A stretch of 64,000 bases of DNA from Deltaproteobacteria bacterium (GCA_021817825.1 JAKAFS010000002.1:6812-70811); one strand, 5' to 3'. Positions 34,949-44,441 are shown, numbered from the stretch's first letter. Program-made: numbers and translations. Notes: generated by a model from the sequence alone, not told the origin.

Positions 34949-37021
34949 TCAGGCCTCCGTCACGATACGGGAAAAGTCGGCCACGCCGTGGAAAAGGGCG
35001 GCGATTGCCCCGAGCAGCGCCAGCCGGTTGAGGCGGACCCGTTCATCCTTGTCCATGACCAGGACCGCTCCGAAGAAGGCATCGACGGGCTTGCGAAGGC
35101 CGGCCAGGGCCGTCAGTGCGGCGGGATAGTCGCCCGCTTCGAGGTGCCCCTCGACGGTCCGGCGGATGCCCTGATAGGCGGCGTAGAGCTCCTTTTCCTC
35201 GGAGGTTGCGAAGCAGGCGGAATCGATGGCGCCGCCGGGGAAATCCTTGGTGATGTTGACGGCCCGTTTGAAGGCGACGGCCAGGGGCTCGAAATCGGGA
35301 TGGGATTTGAAAGCCGCCATGGCCTGGATCTTCTTCAGGGCCAGGACGAGATCGCCGGCGCCCGTGGCCAGCACCGCGTCCACCACGTCGTAGGGATGGC
35401 CCTGGGAGATCAGCTGGTTTTCGAAACGGCCCCGGAAGAACTCGAGAACATCGGCCTTGATCTCAGCGGGGGATCGCTTCGCCAGCGGTCCCAGAATGGC
35501 GAGACTTTCGTCCAAAAGTTCGGGCAGCGGCAGGCGGTAGCCCCGGTTGAGAATGATGGCGATGACGCCGAGGGCTTGGCGGCGCAGGGCGTAGGGATCG
35601 GCGGTTCCGGTGGGAATCAGGCCGACGCCGAAGAACCCGCAGATCGTATCGATCTTGTCGGCAATGCCGACGATGGCCCCCACGTCCGTTTCCGGAAGGT
35701 CGCCGCCCGCCGCCGTGGGGAGATAGTGTTCGTGGATCGCCCGGGCGACGATCGCATCCTCGCCTGCCAGAAGCGCATATTCGCGTCCCATGATTCCCTG
35801 CAATTCGGCGAACTCGCAGACCATCTGGGTGTCGAGATCGGCCTTGGCCAGCCAGGCCGCCCGCTCGACCTGGGCGGTGAGGTCAGGGGCGATGCGTCCC
35901 GCAATCCGGGCGGCCAGGGTCTGGAAACGGACCACCTTCTCGTAGGAAGTTCCCAGGAGGGTGTGGAAGACGACCTTCTGGAGTCCCTCGACGCGTCTCT
36001 CCAGAGGGACCTTCCGGTCCTCTTCGAAAAAGAACCGGGCATCGGCGAGGCGGGCCCGGATGACCCGCTCGTTCCCCCGACGGACGACGGCCGGATCGCG
36101 GGCCAGGGTGTTGTTGACGGTCAAAAAGTGGGGAAGCAGCGCGCCTTTGGCGTCGAGAACCGGAAAGTACTTCTGGTGCGACATCATGGTGGTGATGAGC
36201 ACCTCCCGGGGGAGCCGCAGGTATTCGGGATCGAAGCTCCCGCAAACAACGGTCGGATATTCGGTGAGGAACGTGACCTCGTCGAGAAGGGCCTCGTCGG
36301 TGAAGACCCGGCCGTCGACGGCTGCGGCGGCCTTCGCGATCTCCTCGGCGATGATCCGCTTGCGCTCGGCCGGATCGACGATGACGAACCGCTCCCGGGT
36401 CCGGGCCAGGTAATCATCGAGACCGGAGACGGCAAAGGCGTCGGGGCTCATGAAGCGGTGACCGCGGCTTTGATGGCCGCTTTCGATCCCGGCGATCGTC
36501 AAGGGGATGATCTGCCCTCCAAAGAGGGCCAGAATCCAATGGATCGGCCGGGCAAAACGGAAGTCGAGATCGGACCAGCGCATCGACTTGCGGAAAGGGA
36601 TTTCCGTAATCACCTTCGTCACGATGGCCGGCAGCAGCCCGTCCGTGGGGGCGCCGACGATCTCCTTGCGGGCGCAGAGGTACTCCCCCTTTTCGGTCGT
36701 CACCGTGCAAAGCGCCTCGATGGCGAGCCCCTGTCCCTTGGCGAATCCCAGGGCGGCCTGGGAAGGGCGCCCGGCATCGTCGAAGGCCACCCTTTTGGCG
36801 GGGCCCAGCTTTTCGACCAGCTGATCCTCCTGCCGGTCGGCGATGTCTTTTGCCGCCAGCAAGAGGCGGCGCGGGGCGCCGAGCGTCCGGATTTCTCCGT
36901 GGGGGATGCGGTGGGTCGCCAGTTCCTTGCGAAAAATCGCCTCCATATCTTTGAGCGCCTTCGGCAGAAAGGCGGCCGGGATTTCTTCAGTGCCTATTTC
37001 GAGCAGCAGTTCCTTGCCCAT
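34949..37021 (-). CDS. glyS: glycine-tRNA ligase beta subunit
   Basis: MGKELLLEIGTEEIPAAFLP... is the canonical GlyS N-terminus, and the protein is about 690 aa with full-length similarity. ATG at 37021 (cat at 37019-37021). Confidence 0.96.
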   Translation of the reverse strand: MGKELLLEIGTEEIPAAFLPKALKDMEAIFRKELATHRIPHGEIRTLGAPRRLLLAAKDIADRQEDQLVEKLGPAKRVAFDDAGRPSQAALGFAKGQGLAIEALCTVTTEKGEYLCARKEIVGAPTDGLLPAIVTKVITEIPFRKSMRWSDLDFRFARPIHWILALFGGQIIPLTIAGIESGHQSRGHRFMSPDAFAVSGLDDYLARTRERFVIVDPAERKRIIAEEIAKAAAAVDGRVFTDEALLDEVTFLTEYPTVVCGSFDPEYLRLPREVLITTMMSHQKYFPVLDAKGALLPHFLTVNNTLARDPAVVRRGNERVIRARLADARFFFEEDRKVPLERRVEGLQKVVFHTLLGTSYEKVVRFQTLAARIAGRIAPDLTAQVERAAWLAKADLDTQMVCEFAELQGIMGREYALLAGEDAIVARAIHEHYLPTAAGGDLPETDVGAIVGIADKIDTICGFFGVGLIPTGTADPYALRRQALGVIAIILNRGYRLPLPELLDESLAILGPLAKRSPAEIKADVLEFFRGRFENQLISQGHPYDVVDAVLATGAGDLVLALKKIQAMAAFKSHPDFEPLAVAFKRAVNITKDFPGGAIDSACFATSEEKELYAAYQGIRRTVEGHLEAGDYPAALTALAGLRKPVDAFFGAVLVMDKDERVRLNRLALLGAIAALFHGVADFSRIVTEA

Positions 37022-37080
37022 CGGTATTCTCCCATCCAGTCTCATCTATTTAGCGGGAACCTGTCGGTTCTCCGGTTTGG

Positions 37081-37953
37081 TTACGGTCTGTGGAGCAAAG
37101 GGTAGCCCAGCGTCTCCCGCTGCTTCAGATACCCTTCGGCGCTCAGGCGGGCCAGGTTCCGGACCCGTCCGATATAGCTGGTCCGTTCGGCGACGCTGAT
37201 CGCCCCCCGGGCGTTCAGGAGGTTGAAGGTGTGGGAACACTTGAGACAATGATCGTAAGTGGGCAGGACCAGTCCTTTTTCCGCCATCCGGATCCCCTCG
37301 GCCTCATACATGTCGAACCGCTTGCGCAGTTCCCCGATGTCGGCCATCTCGAAGTTGTAGACCGACCACTCCACCTCGCTCTGGTGGTGCACATCGCCGT
37401 ATTTGATCCCCTTGGTCCACTCCAGGTCGTAGACGTTGTCGATTCCCTGGAGGTACATGGCGATCCGCTCGGTGCCGTAGGTCAGCTCAGCGCTGACGGG
37501 CCGGCAATCCAGGCCGCCGACCTGCTGGAAGTAGGTGAACTGGGAGATCTCCATTCCGTCGAGCCAGACCTCCCAGCCTAAGCCCCAGGCGCCCACGGTG
37601 GGGGATTCCCAGTTGTCTTCGACGAAGCGGATATCGTGGTCCAGAGGATCGATGCCGAAGCTCTTCAGCGAATCGAGGTAGAGTTCCTGGATGTTCGGCG
37701 GCGAGGGCTTCATGATCACCTGGTACTGGTAATAGTGCTGGAGCCGGTTCGGGTTTTCCCCGTAGCGGCCGTCGGTGGGCCGGCGGGAGGGTTCGACGTA
37801 AGCCACCCGCCAGGGCTCGGGGCCCAGGGAGCGCAGAAAAGTGGCGGGGTTGAAGGTGCCGGCCCCTTTTTCCACATCGTAGGGCTGCTGGATGACGCAG
37901 CCCTGGTCAGCCCAGTAGCGTTCGAGGGCAAAGATCAATTCCTGATAGGTCAC
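37081..37953 (-). CDS. glyQ: glycine-tRNA ligase alpha subunit
   Basis: [40 protein letters not shown]...[18 protein letters not shown]. The GTG start at 37953 is preceded by AGGAGGAG. Confidence 0.97.
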   Translation of the reverse strand: MTYQELIFALERYWADQGCVIQQPYDVEKGAGTFNPATFLRSLGPEPWRVAYVEPSRRPTDGRYGENPNRLQHYYQYQVIMKPSPPNIQELYLDSLKSFGIDPLDHDIRFVEDNWESPTVGAWGLGWEVWLDGMEISQFTYFQQVGGLDCRPVSAELTYGTERIAMYLQGIDNVYDLEWTKGIKYGDVHHQSEVEWSVYNFEMADIGELRKRFDMYEAEGIRMAEKGLVLPTYDHCLKCSHTFNLLNARGAISVAERTSYIGRVRNLARLSAEGYLKQRETLGYPLLHRP

Positions 37954-38014
37954 AACTCCTCCTAGGGGTGAAAACGTGCTATTTCATTAATTTATTGCGA
38001 TTTTTACGATGGCG

Positions 38015-38043
38015 TTCTTAACACGGAAACCCTCGGGCGTCAA
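38015..38043 (-). promoter_or_regulatory. sigma70-like promoter (extended -10) of glyQS
   Basis: Minus strand reads TTGACG (38043-38038), a 17-nt spacer, then TGtTAAGAA (-10 at 38020-38015). The leader is only about 55 nt. Confidence 0.4.
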
Positions 38044-38060
38044 TACGTATTTGAACCGCC

Positions 38061-38834
38061 CTACTTTGCCAGCCGCCGGATTTCATTCAGGACCTGTACC
38101 GATTTGAGCTCTTTTCCGAGGATGTGGCGGATGAAGCGGGCCAGAAGCCGGCGGCTCTCGTCGGCCGATTGCCCCGACCAGACCAGCCGTCCCAGCCGGT
38201 CGGCTTCGAGTTCCCGGCTCATCAGCAGCGTCCGGATCGTTCCCAGGGATACCGGAAGGGCCTCCGGCGTTTCGGGACGGCAGGCGGCACAGTGCAGTCC
38301 TCCGTCGGCGGCGTGGAACCGGTAGGCGTTCCCGTTTTCGATGGGTTCCCGGCAGGCCAGGCAGCGGTCCAGAACCGGGTCGTAGCCGGCGAGCTTCAAG
38401 AGGCGCATCTCGAAGAAGCGCAAGAGGGATTCCGGGGCGGGTCCTGCCTCGATGAGCCCCAGGAAGCTTTCGAGGAGCGTGAACAGCGCCGCGTTCTGCT
38501 TGTCTTCGGGCAGGAACTGATCGGTCAGGTCGATGAGGTAGGAAGCCATCAGGGTCCTTTCCAGATCGGCGCGGATCCGGGGGTAGTGGGAAACCACCTC
38601 GGCCCCCTCGATCAGGGCCAGACTGTCCGGATTCCGGCGGGAAAAGAGGATCTCCAGTCGGCAGAAGGGTTCCAGGGCGTTGGCGAACCGCTTTTTGCTG
38701 CGGCGCGCCCCCTTGGCGATGCCCCGGAGCTTCCCGAATTCGGGCGTCGAGAAGGTGACGATCCGGTCCGATTCCCCGTAATCGAAGAGGCGCAGGACGA
38801 TCGCTTCCGTCCGCTGGGTTGGCCTGGCGTTCAT
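38061..38834 (-). CDS. recO: DNA repair protein RecO
   Basis: N-terminal OB fold (EAIVLRLFDYGESDRIVTFSTPEFGKLRGIAKGARRS) and a Zn-finger (CLAC...CAAC). It starts 10 nt after the pyrC stop. Confidence 0.9.
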   Translation of the reverse strand: MNARPTQRTEAIVLRLFDYGESDRIVTFSTPEFGKLRGIAKGARRSKKRFANALEPFCRLEILFSRRNPDSLALIEGAEVVSHYPRIRADLERTLMASYLIDLTDQFLPEDKQNAALFTLLESFLGLIEAGPAPESLLRFFEMRLLKLAGYDPVLDRCLACREPIENGNAYRFHAADGGLHCAACRPETPEALPVSLGTIRTLLMSRELEADRLGRLVWSGQSADESRRLLARFIRHILGKELKSVQVLNEIRRLAK

Positions 38835-38844
38835 GAGGTCTGCA

Positions 38845-40131
38845 TCAGCAATCGCGGTACCGGATCACCCCTCCGACGATGGTCAGGACGGCCTTGCCCT
38901 TCATCGGCCAGCCCTGAAAAGGGGTGTTCTTCCCGCGGGAGCGCAGGCCGGCGCGATCGACGGTCCATTCTTTTTCGGGATCGATGACGGCGACATCGGC
39001 ATCGGCGCCGTCGGCCAGGGTCCCCTTGGCGATCCGGAGGATCTGGGCGGGGCGGACGGTCAGGGCGGCGATCAAGGCCGAAAGGGTCAGGACGCCGTCG
39101 GCGACGAGGCGCAGCGAAAGGGCGAGTGACGTTTCGAGTCCCGTCAGGCCGCTGGCCGCATAATCGAACTCGACCTCCTTGTCGGTTCGGGCGTGGGGCG
39201 CATGGTCGCTGGCGATCGCATCGAGGGTCCCGTCGCGCAGTCCCTCGCGGATGGCGGCGAGGTCCTCGGCGCCGCGGAGGGGAGGATAGACCTTGGCAAA
39301 GGTGTCGTAGCCGCGGACGGCTTCGTCCGTGAGGGTGAAGTAATGGGGGGCCGTTTCGGCGGTGACGCGGACCCCCCGGGCCTTGGCCTCCCGGATCAGA
39401 CGGACCGCCCCGGCGGTGCTCACGTGGGCGATGTGGATCGGGGCCCCGGTGTATTCGGAAAGCAGCAGGTCGCGGGCGACCATGACATCCTCGGCAAGGG
39501 CGGGGATTCCCGTCAGCCCGAGCTCCGTGGACACGGCGCCTTCGTGCATGACCCCGCCGGCGGAGAGGTGCCGGTCTTCGCAGTGGACGATCACCGGCAG
39601 TTCGAGAGAGGCGGCATATTCCAGCGCCCTGCGCAGCAAAGCGCCGTTCATGACGGACTTGCCGTCGTCGGAGAATCCGCTGGCGCCCGCCTCCTTGAGA
39701 TCCCAGAATTCGCAAAGCGAGGCGCCTTCCGACTTCAGGGTGATCGCCGCGATGGGGTAGACGTTGGCGATGCCGCATTCCGCGGCCTTGCGGCGGATGA
39801 ATTCGGTGACCGACCGGCTGTCGTTCACGGGGTCCGTGTTGGGCATGCAGGCAATGGAGGTGAACCCGCCCGCCACGGCGGCCTCGCAGCCGGACGCGAT
39901 GGTTTCCTTGTACTCGAATCCGGGCTCCCGCAGATGGGTGTGGATGTCGATGAGACCGGGGACGACGAACCTGCCGCGGCAGTCGATGACCTCGGCCGCG
40001 GAGGCGCATTCCTCTTTCGCCAGATCCTTTCCGGTCCGGACGATTCGGCCGTTCTCGATGAGCAGGTCCGCCTTGCCGTCCGTTTTTCCGGCCGGGTCCA
40101 CGACCCGGCCGCCTTTGAGTAAGAGTTTCAT
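38845..40131 (-). CDS. pyrC: dihydroorotase (multifunctional-complex type)
   Basis: [13 protein letters not shown]..., metal ligands [15 protein letters not shown] and ASDHAPH. The ATG at 40131 overlaps the pyrB stop (ATGA). The ORF-track 734-aa form is an artefactual extension through pyrB in another frame. Confidence 0.95.
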   Translation of the reverse strand: MKLLLKGGRVVDPAGKTDGKADLLIENGRIVRTGKDLAKEECASAAEVIDCRGRFVVPGLIDIHTHLREPGFEYKETIASGCEAAVAGGFTSIACMPNTDPVNDSRSVTEFIRRKAAECGIANVYPIAAITLKSEGASLCEFWDLKEAGASGFSDDGKSVMNGALLRRALEYAASLELPVIVHCEDRHLSAGGVMHEGAVSTELGLTGIPALAEDVMVARDLLLSEYTGAPIHIAHVSTAGAVRLIREAKARGVRVTAETAPHYFTLTDEAVRGYDTFAKVYPPLRGAEDLAAIREGLRDGTLDAIASDHAPHARTDKEVEFDYAASGLTGLETSLALSLRLVADGVLTLSALIAALTVRPAQILRIAKGTLADGADADVAVIDPEKEWTVDRAGLRSRGKNTPFQGWPMKGKAVLTIVGGVIRYRDC

Positions 40132-41054
40132 GACTCGTTGCCTCCTGTCAGCAGATAGAGAAGGGCCATCCGGACGGCGACGCCGTTGGTGACCTGGTCG
40201 AGAATGACCGAGCGCGGTCCGTCGGCCATGTCGGGCGAGATCTCGACGCCCCGGTTCATGGGGCCCGGATGCATGATGATGCAGTCCGGACGGGCAAGCT
40301 CGATGTTCCGCGCGTTGAGCGAGAAGCGTTGGGCATATTCGCGCAGCGAAGGGAAGATGTTGTGCTTTTCCCTTTCGGTCTGAATGCGGAGCATCATGAC
40401 GACGTCGGCATCCCCGATGGCGGCGTCGATGCGGGAGTAGGCCGCGACCCCCAGCCTTTCGATGTCCCGGGGGAGCATGGTGGCCGGCCCCGCCACCGAG
40501 ACGGTCGCCCCCATCTTGGTCAAAGCGAAGATATTCGAGCGGGCGACGCGGCTGTGGGCGATATCGCCGACGATCGCCACCTTGAGTCCCTCGATCCGCC
40601 CTTTCTTGGCGCGGATCGTCATCAGGTCCAGGAGGGCCTGGGTGGGGTGCTCGTGGGCCCCGTCGCCGGCGTTGATGATCGGCTGGCGCAGCCTCCCGGC
40701 CAGGAGGTGCGGCGCGCCGGCGGCGCTGTGCCGGATGACGATGAGGTCGGGATTCATCGCCTCCAGGTTCTTGGCCGTGTCGATCAGCGTCTCTCCCTTG
40801 ACGACGCTGCTCGTCGAGGCGGCAATGTTGATCGTATCGGCGCTCAGCCGTTTCCCGGCGATTTCGAAGGAGGTCCGGGTGCGAGTGCTGGCCTCGTAGA
40901 AGAGATTGATGACCGTCTTGCCGCGGAGGGTGGGGACCTTCTTGATCTCCCGGGTCGACACTTCGATGAAGGATTCGGCCGTATCGAGGATCAGATTGAT
41001 CTCGTCCCCGTCGAGTTCCTGAATCCCGAGGAGGTCTTTTCTGCTCCATTTCAT
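40128..41054 (-). CDS. pyrB: aspartate carbamoyltransferase catalytic subunit
   Basis: [21 protein letters not shown] and HPGPMNRG. The ATG at 41054 overlaps the pyrR stop (ATGA). Confidence 0.96.
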   Translation of the reverse strand: MKWSRKDLLGIQELDGDEINLILDTAESFIEVSTREIKKVPTLRGKTVINLFYEASTRTRTSFEIAGKRLSADTINIAASTSSVVKGETLIDTAKNLEAMNPDLIVIRHSAAGAPHLLAGRLRQPIINAGDGAHEHPTQALLDLMTIRAKKGRIEGLKVAIVGDIAHSRVARSNIFALTKMGATVSVAGPATMLPRDIERLGVAAYSRIDAAIGDADVVMMLRIQTEREKHNIFPSLREYAQRFSLNARNIELARPDCIIMHPGPMNRGVEISPDMADGPRSVILDQVTNGVAVRMALLYLLTGGNES

Positions 41055-41596
41055 GGTTGCACCTCGTTTTCGACGACCACTTCGTCCTTGCCGCACTTCT
41101 CTAAGAGCTGAACGCTGACCGCTTCCCAGAGGGAAGAGGGGAGGTTCTTGCCGACGAAATCGGCGCGGATGGGAAGTTCCCGGTGGCCCCGGTCGATGAG
41201 GACCGCCAGCTGAATCAGTTTCGGCCTCCCGAAATCGATCAGGGCGTCCATGGCGGCCCGGATCGTCCGACCGGTAAACAGGACATCGTCCACCAGGACG
41301 ACCTTTTTTCCGTCCAGGGAAAAGGGGATGTCCGTCTTGCCCGGCCGCGGTTTGCGATGGGAGCCGGAAAGATCGTCGCGGTACAGGGTGATGTCGAGGA
41401 GTCCCACCGGAACGCGCTTCCCTTCGATATCGGAGATCTTCTGTTGCAGACGTTCGGAGAGGAAGACGCCTCCCGTCTGTATCCCGACGAGGACCAGCTC
41501 CTCCACGCCTTTGTTTTTTTCCAGGATCTCATAGGCGATGCGGGTCAGTGACCGGTCCATCCCTTCCGCATCCATCACCACCTTTTTGTGCTCCAT
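41051..41596 (-). CDS. pyrR: bifunctional pyr operon attenuation protein / uracil phosphoribosyltransferase PyrR
   Basis: PRPP-binding [17 protein letters not shown] and the PyrR-typical [12 protein letters not shown] at 41596. Confidence 0.95.
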   Translation of the reverse strand: MEHKKVVMDAEGMDRSLTRIAYEILEKNKGVEELVLVGIQTGGVFLSERLQQKISDIEGKRVPVGLLDITLYRDDLSGSHRKPRPGKTDIPFSLDGKKVVLVDDVLFTGRTIRAAMDALIDFGRPKLIQLAVLIDRGHRELPIRADFVGKNLPSSLWEAVSVQLLEKCGKDEVVVENEVQP

Positions 41597-41617
41597 GGCT
41601 AACCTCTTTCGGGGATT

Positions 41618-41650
41618 AAAAAAAAAGCCTTCCCCCGGCAACGGGAAGGC
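41618..41650 (-). terminator. intrinsic terminator (attenuator) inside the pyrR leader
   Basis: Minus strand reads GCCTTCCC-GTTGCCGG-GGGAAGGC followed by TTTTTTTTT, ending about 20 nt before the pyrR ATG. It lies downstream of the PyrR-box hairpin. Confidence 0.7.
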
Positions 41651-41694
41651 CCGACAATAACATGATCTGAAGACGGCTGTTCTTTCACTGGCAT

Positions 41695-41729
41695 GTCCCT
41701 TTTTAATCTCTCGGATTCAATTAAAGGGG
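41695..41729 (-). promoter_or_regulatory. PyrR-binding RNA hairpin (PyrR box)
   Basis: Minus strand reads CCCCUUUAAU-UGAAUCCGAGAG-AUUAAAAAGGGAC. The 9-bp stem has one bulged A. The loop sequence AAUCCGAGAGAUU resembles the conserved ARUCCAGAGAGGYU PyrR recognition motif. Confidence 0.6.
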
Positions 41730-41758
41730 TTCAACGGTCTGTCGCTTACGGTTCACTC

Positions 41759-41785
41759 TCTATAACAAGTGCCGCGCGGTGTCAA
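41759..41785 (-). promoter_or_regulatory. sigma70-like promoter (extended -10) of the pyrR-pyrB-pyrC(-recO) operon
   Basis: Minus strand reads TTGACA (41785-41780), a 15-nt spacer, then TGtTATAGA (-10 at 41764-41759). Confidence 0.4.
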
Positions 41786-41812
41786 GTCGGAAGGCGGGCT
41801 GCAAAAAAACTT

Positions 41813-41840
41813 TTGCAATCTCCCTGATTGGTGTTATAGG
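41813..41840 (+). promoter_or_regulatory. sigma70-like promoter (extended -10) of the MgtE-sensor/NRAMP pair
   Basis: TTGCAA (41813-41818), a 16-nt spacer, then TGtTATAGG (-10 at 41835-41840). The leader is about 20-25 nt with SD GGGAGG. Confidence 0.4.
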
Positions 41841-41866
41841 CACATATCCCCGGGAGGCGTCGAAGC

Positions 41867-43129
41867 ATGGCCGTGAACCAAGAACCTCAAGTTTTCCTGT
41901 TTTTGAGTGAACTGCTGGGGCGGAAAATCGTCGATTCCGAAGGTCGCCCCGTGGGCCGGGTCCTCGATCTGGCCGGCAATCTCGGAGAAACCTATCCGCC
42001 CGTGACGGAGGTGCTGCTGCGCTCCGCCGCGAGCGGGAAGATCGCACTCCTGCCCTGGCGGCATCTTTCCATGGTCGGCGATGCGCTGGTCGCTCAGTCC
42101 CTACAGCCGGAGGATTTGCGGGAACCCGCGCTCCGTCCCGGTGAACTCTTTCTCAAAGAGACCCTGCTGGACAAGCAGGTGGTGGATACCGACGGGGCGA
42201 AGATCCGGCGGGTCAACGATCTACAGTTTCTCAAGACGCTGAAGATCCTCTACCTGGTGCACGTGGATGTGGGATTTCACGGTCTTTTGCGGCGGGTGGG
42301 GCTGGTGCGGCCGACGGGCTTTGTCCTCCGGACGCTGTTCGATTACCAGATGACCGATCAGTTGATTTCCTGGAAGTTCGTCCAGCCCGTGTCCTCGCCC
42401 GATCTGCTCCGCCTGACCGTCGCCCAGAACCGGCTTTCCCATATGCACCCGGCGGATCTGGCGGACATCATCGAGGAGCTGGATATCCACAACCGCTCCG
42501 CCGTCTTCCGCTCCCTCGACGTGGAGACCGCTGCCGAGACGCTGGAAGAGACGGATCCGAAGATCCAGGTGAGTCTGATCGAAGGGCTCGAGCTGGCCAA
42601 TGCCTCCGACATCATCGAGGAGATGTCCCTGCCCGAGGCGGCGGATCTCCTGGGGGATCTGCCCAAGGACAAGGCGGAAGGGATCCTCAAGGAGATGGAG
42701 CGGGACGTGGCCGAGGACGTCAAGGAGCTGCTCGCCCACCCGGAAGAGGTGGCCGGGGGGCTCATGACCACCTCGGTTCTCAGCTTTGCGCCCGCGAAGA
42801 CGGTGCAGGAGGCGATGGCGACGATCCGGCGCGAGGCCGAAGACGCGGATCTGATCTATTACCTCTATGTAGTGGATGCCGAGGAGCGGCTGCTCGGCGT
42901 GCTGAGTCTGCGCGATCTGATCGTGGCCGCGCCGGAAACGACGCTGGCGGAGTTAATGGACACCCGCATCGTGGCGGTGAATATCGAGGAAAAGAAGAAC
43001 CGGATCGCCGAAGATTTTGCCAAGTACGGCATACTGGCGATGCCGGTCGTCGATGACGATAACCGGTTCAAGGGGGTCATTCTGTTCAAGAACCTCCTGG
43101 AACTGGTGGCGCCCCAGTTGGGCAGGTAG
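41867..43129 (+). CDS. soluble PRC-barrel + MgtE_N + CBS-pair protein (MgtE cytosolic sensor module without the membrane pore)
   Basis: Two PRC-barrel-like segments (LLGRKIVDSEGRPVGRVLDL..., LLDKQVVDTDGAKIRRVNDL...). The MgtE_N acidic helical domain follows (HPADLADIIEELD...LPEAADLLGDLPKDKAEGILKEM), then a CBS pair (...LYVVDAEERLLGVLSLRDL..., ...AMPVVDDDNRFKGVI). The ORF ends without any TM segment. Confidence 0.85.
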   Translation: MAVNQEPQVFLFLSELLGRKIVDSEGRPVGRVLDLAGNLGETYPPVTEVLLRSAASGKIALLPWRHLSMVGDALVAQSLQPEDLREPALRPGELFLKETLLDKQVVDTDGAKIRRVNDLQFLKTLKILYLVHVDVGFHGLLRRVGLVRPTGFVLRTLFDYQMTDQLISWKFVQPVSSPDLLRLTVAQNRLSHMHPADLADIIEELDIHNRSAVFRSLDVETAAETLEETDPKIQVSLIEGLELANASDIIEEMSLPEAADLLGDLPKDKAEGILKEMERDVAEDVKELLAHPEEVAGGLMTTSVLSFAPAKTVQEAMATIRREAEDADLIYYLYVVDAEERLLGVLSLRDLIVAAPETTLAELMDTRIVAVNIEEKKNRIAEDFAKYGILAMPVVDDDNRFKGVILFKNLLELVAPQLGR

Positions 43130-43160
43130 AAGGAAGCGTTGAGGGAGGGGGCGCCGATCC

Positions 43161-44441
43161 ATGGCTGAGAATCTGACTGACGGCTTCCGCGGGCTCTGGG
43201 GAGCGCTTGCCGGCAAGCGCTACTGGCGATCGCTGGCGATCTTCTTTGCCCTCATCGGACCGGGAATCATCACCTCCAACGTGGACAACGACGCCGGCGG
43301 CATCACCACCTATTCGCTCGCCGGCTCGGAATACGGCCTTTCCCTGCTCTGGACGCTCATTCCGATTACCGGGGCGCTCATCATCATCCAGGAGATGTGC
43401 GCCCGAATGGGGGTCGTTTCCGGCAAGGGGCTCTCCGATTTGATCCGCGAGCGGTTCGGGGCAAAGATCACCTTCTACCTGATGATCCTGCTGTTTCTGA
43501 CCAATCTGGGCAACACGATCTCCGAATTTGCCGGCGTCGCCGCCAGCATGGAGCTCTTCGGCGTCAGCAAGTACCTCTCCGTTCCGGTCAGCGCCGTGAT
43601 CGTCTGGTGGCTCGTGGTCAAGGGCACCTACAAATCGGTGGAGAAGGTCTTTCTCTTCGCCTGCGTCTTTTATCTCTCGTACATCGTCTCGGGGTTTATG
43701 GGAAAACCGGACTGGCAGGCCATCGGCACGGCGGTCATGACGCCGACGATCCGGATGGATGCAGGGTGGCTGGCCATGTCGGTGGGCATCATCGGGACGA
43801 CGATCGCCCCCTGGATGCAGTTCTATCTCCAGTCGTCGGTGGTGGACAAGGGGCTCAAGGCGGAAGATTACCCCTACACCCGGATGGATGTGATCATCGG
43901 TTCGGTGACGGTCAACGTGGTCGCCTTTTTCATCATCCTGCTCTGCGCCGTGACCCTCTTCCAAAACGGCATCCGGGTCGAGAGCGCCAAGGACGCCGCC
44001 CAGGCCCTGGCCCCGCTGGCGGGAGAATACGCCTCCTGGCTGTTCGCCTTCGGGCTCCTGAACGCCTCGCTCTTTGCCGCCTCGATCCTGCCGATCTCCA
44101 CGGCCTATACGATCTGCGAGGCCTTCGGCTGGGAGTCGAGCCTGAACCGAAAGTTTCTGGAGGCCCCCCAGTTCTACGGCCTCTACTCGCTGATGGTTTT
44201 TTTGGGAGCCGGGATCATCCTGCTGCCCGGGACGCCGCTGATCACCATCATGTACTATTCCCAGGTCATCAACGGAGCGGTTTTGCCCGTCGTCCTGATC
44301 TTCATGCTGCTGCTCATCAACGACAAGCGCATCATGGGCGCCTACACGAACGGTCCGGCGCTGAACATCGCCGCCTGGGCGACGGTGGCGATCCTGATCG
44401 TCCTGTCGGTCACCATGCTCGGTTTTGCCCTCTTTGGGTAA
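43161..44441 (+). CDS. NRAMP/SLC11-family transporter with non-canonical metal-site motifs (NRMT-like, candidate Mg2+ transporter)
   Basis: Full-length NRAMP-like multi-pass protein. TM1 reads GPGIITSNVDNDAGGITT (DAGG instead of DPGN). TM6 reads GTTIAPWMQFYLQSS (APW instead of MPH). SD GGAGGGGG lies upstream and the gene starts 31 nt after the preceding gene. Confidence 0.88.
   Translation: MAENLTDGFRGLWGALAGKRYWRSLAIFFALIGPGIITSNVDNDAGGITTYSLAGSEYGLSLLWTLIPITGALIIIQEMCARMGVVSGKGLSDLIRERFGAKITFYLMILLFLTNLGNTISEFAGVAASMELFGVSKYLSVPVSAVIVWWLVVKGTYKSVEKVFLFACVFYLSYIVSGFMGKPDWQAIGTAVMTPTIRMDAGWLAMSVGIIGTTIAPWMQFYLQSSVVDKGLKAEDYPYTRMDVIIGSVTVNVVAFFIILLCAVTLFQNGIRVESAKDAAQALAPLAGEYASWLFAFGLLNASLFAASILPISTAYTICEAFGWESSLNRKFLEAPQFYGLYSLMVFLGAGIILLPGTPLITIMYYSQVINGAVLPVVLIFMLLLINDKRIMGAYTNGPALNIAAWATVAILIVLSVTMLGFALFG

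Noticed and set aside
32487-35129. 880-aa plus-strand ORF covering the whole PilB-like gene, the intergenic region and part of glyS
   Set aside because: It lies exactly antisense and codon-in-phase to well-supported minus-strand genes. Its product is low-complexity (D/L/V/G/R/H rich) with no motifs. Long shadow ORFs of this kind are expected when the sense codons TTA, CTA and TCA are rare in a high-GC genome.
37954-38014. T-box leader upstream of glyQS
   Set aside because: The predicted leader is only about 55 nt and lacks a specifier/T-box sequence. T-boxes need about 200 nt.
38845-41049. 734-aa ORF-track version of pyrC. N-terminally extended versions also appear for tamA (17431..19872), sugE (5..1123), iorA (21127..23304), STAS-mlaE (28577..30073), the HDAC-like gene (53191..54867) and the thiolase (8647..10020).
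   Set aside because: The extensions run through the upstream gene in another frame, are Arg/Pro/Gly-rich, and lack an SD. In each case an internal ATG with an SD or an ATGA overlap gives the canonical N-terminus of the family.
41841-41866. M-box (Mg2+ riboswitch) upstream of the MgtE-sensor/NRAMP pair
   Set aside because: The predicted promoter leaves only about 20-25 nt of leader, and the rest of the intergenic region is occupied by the divergent pyrR leader.
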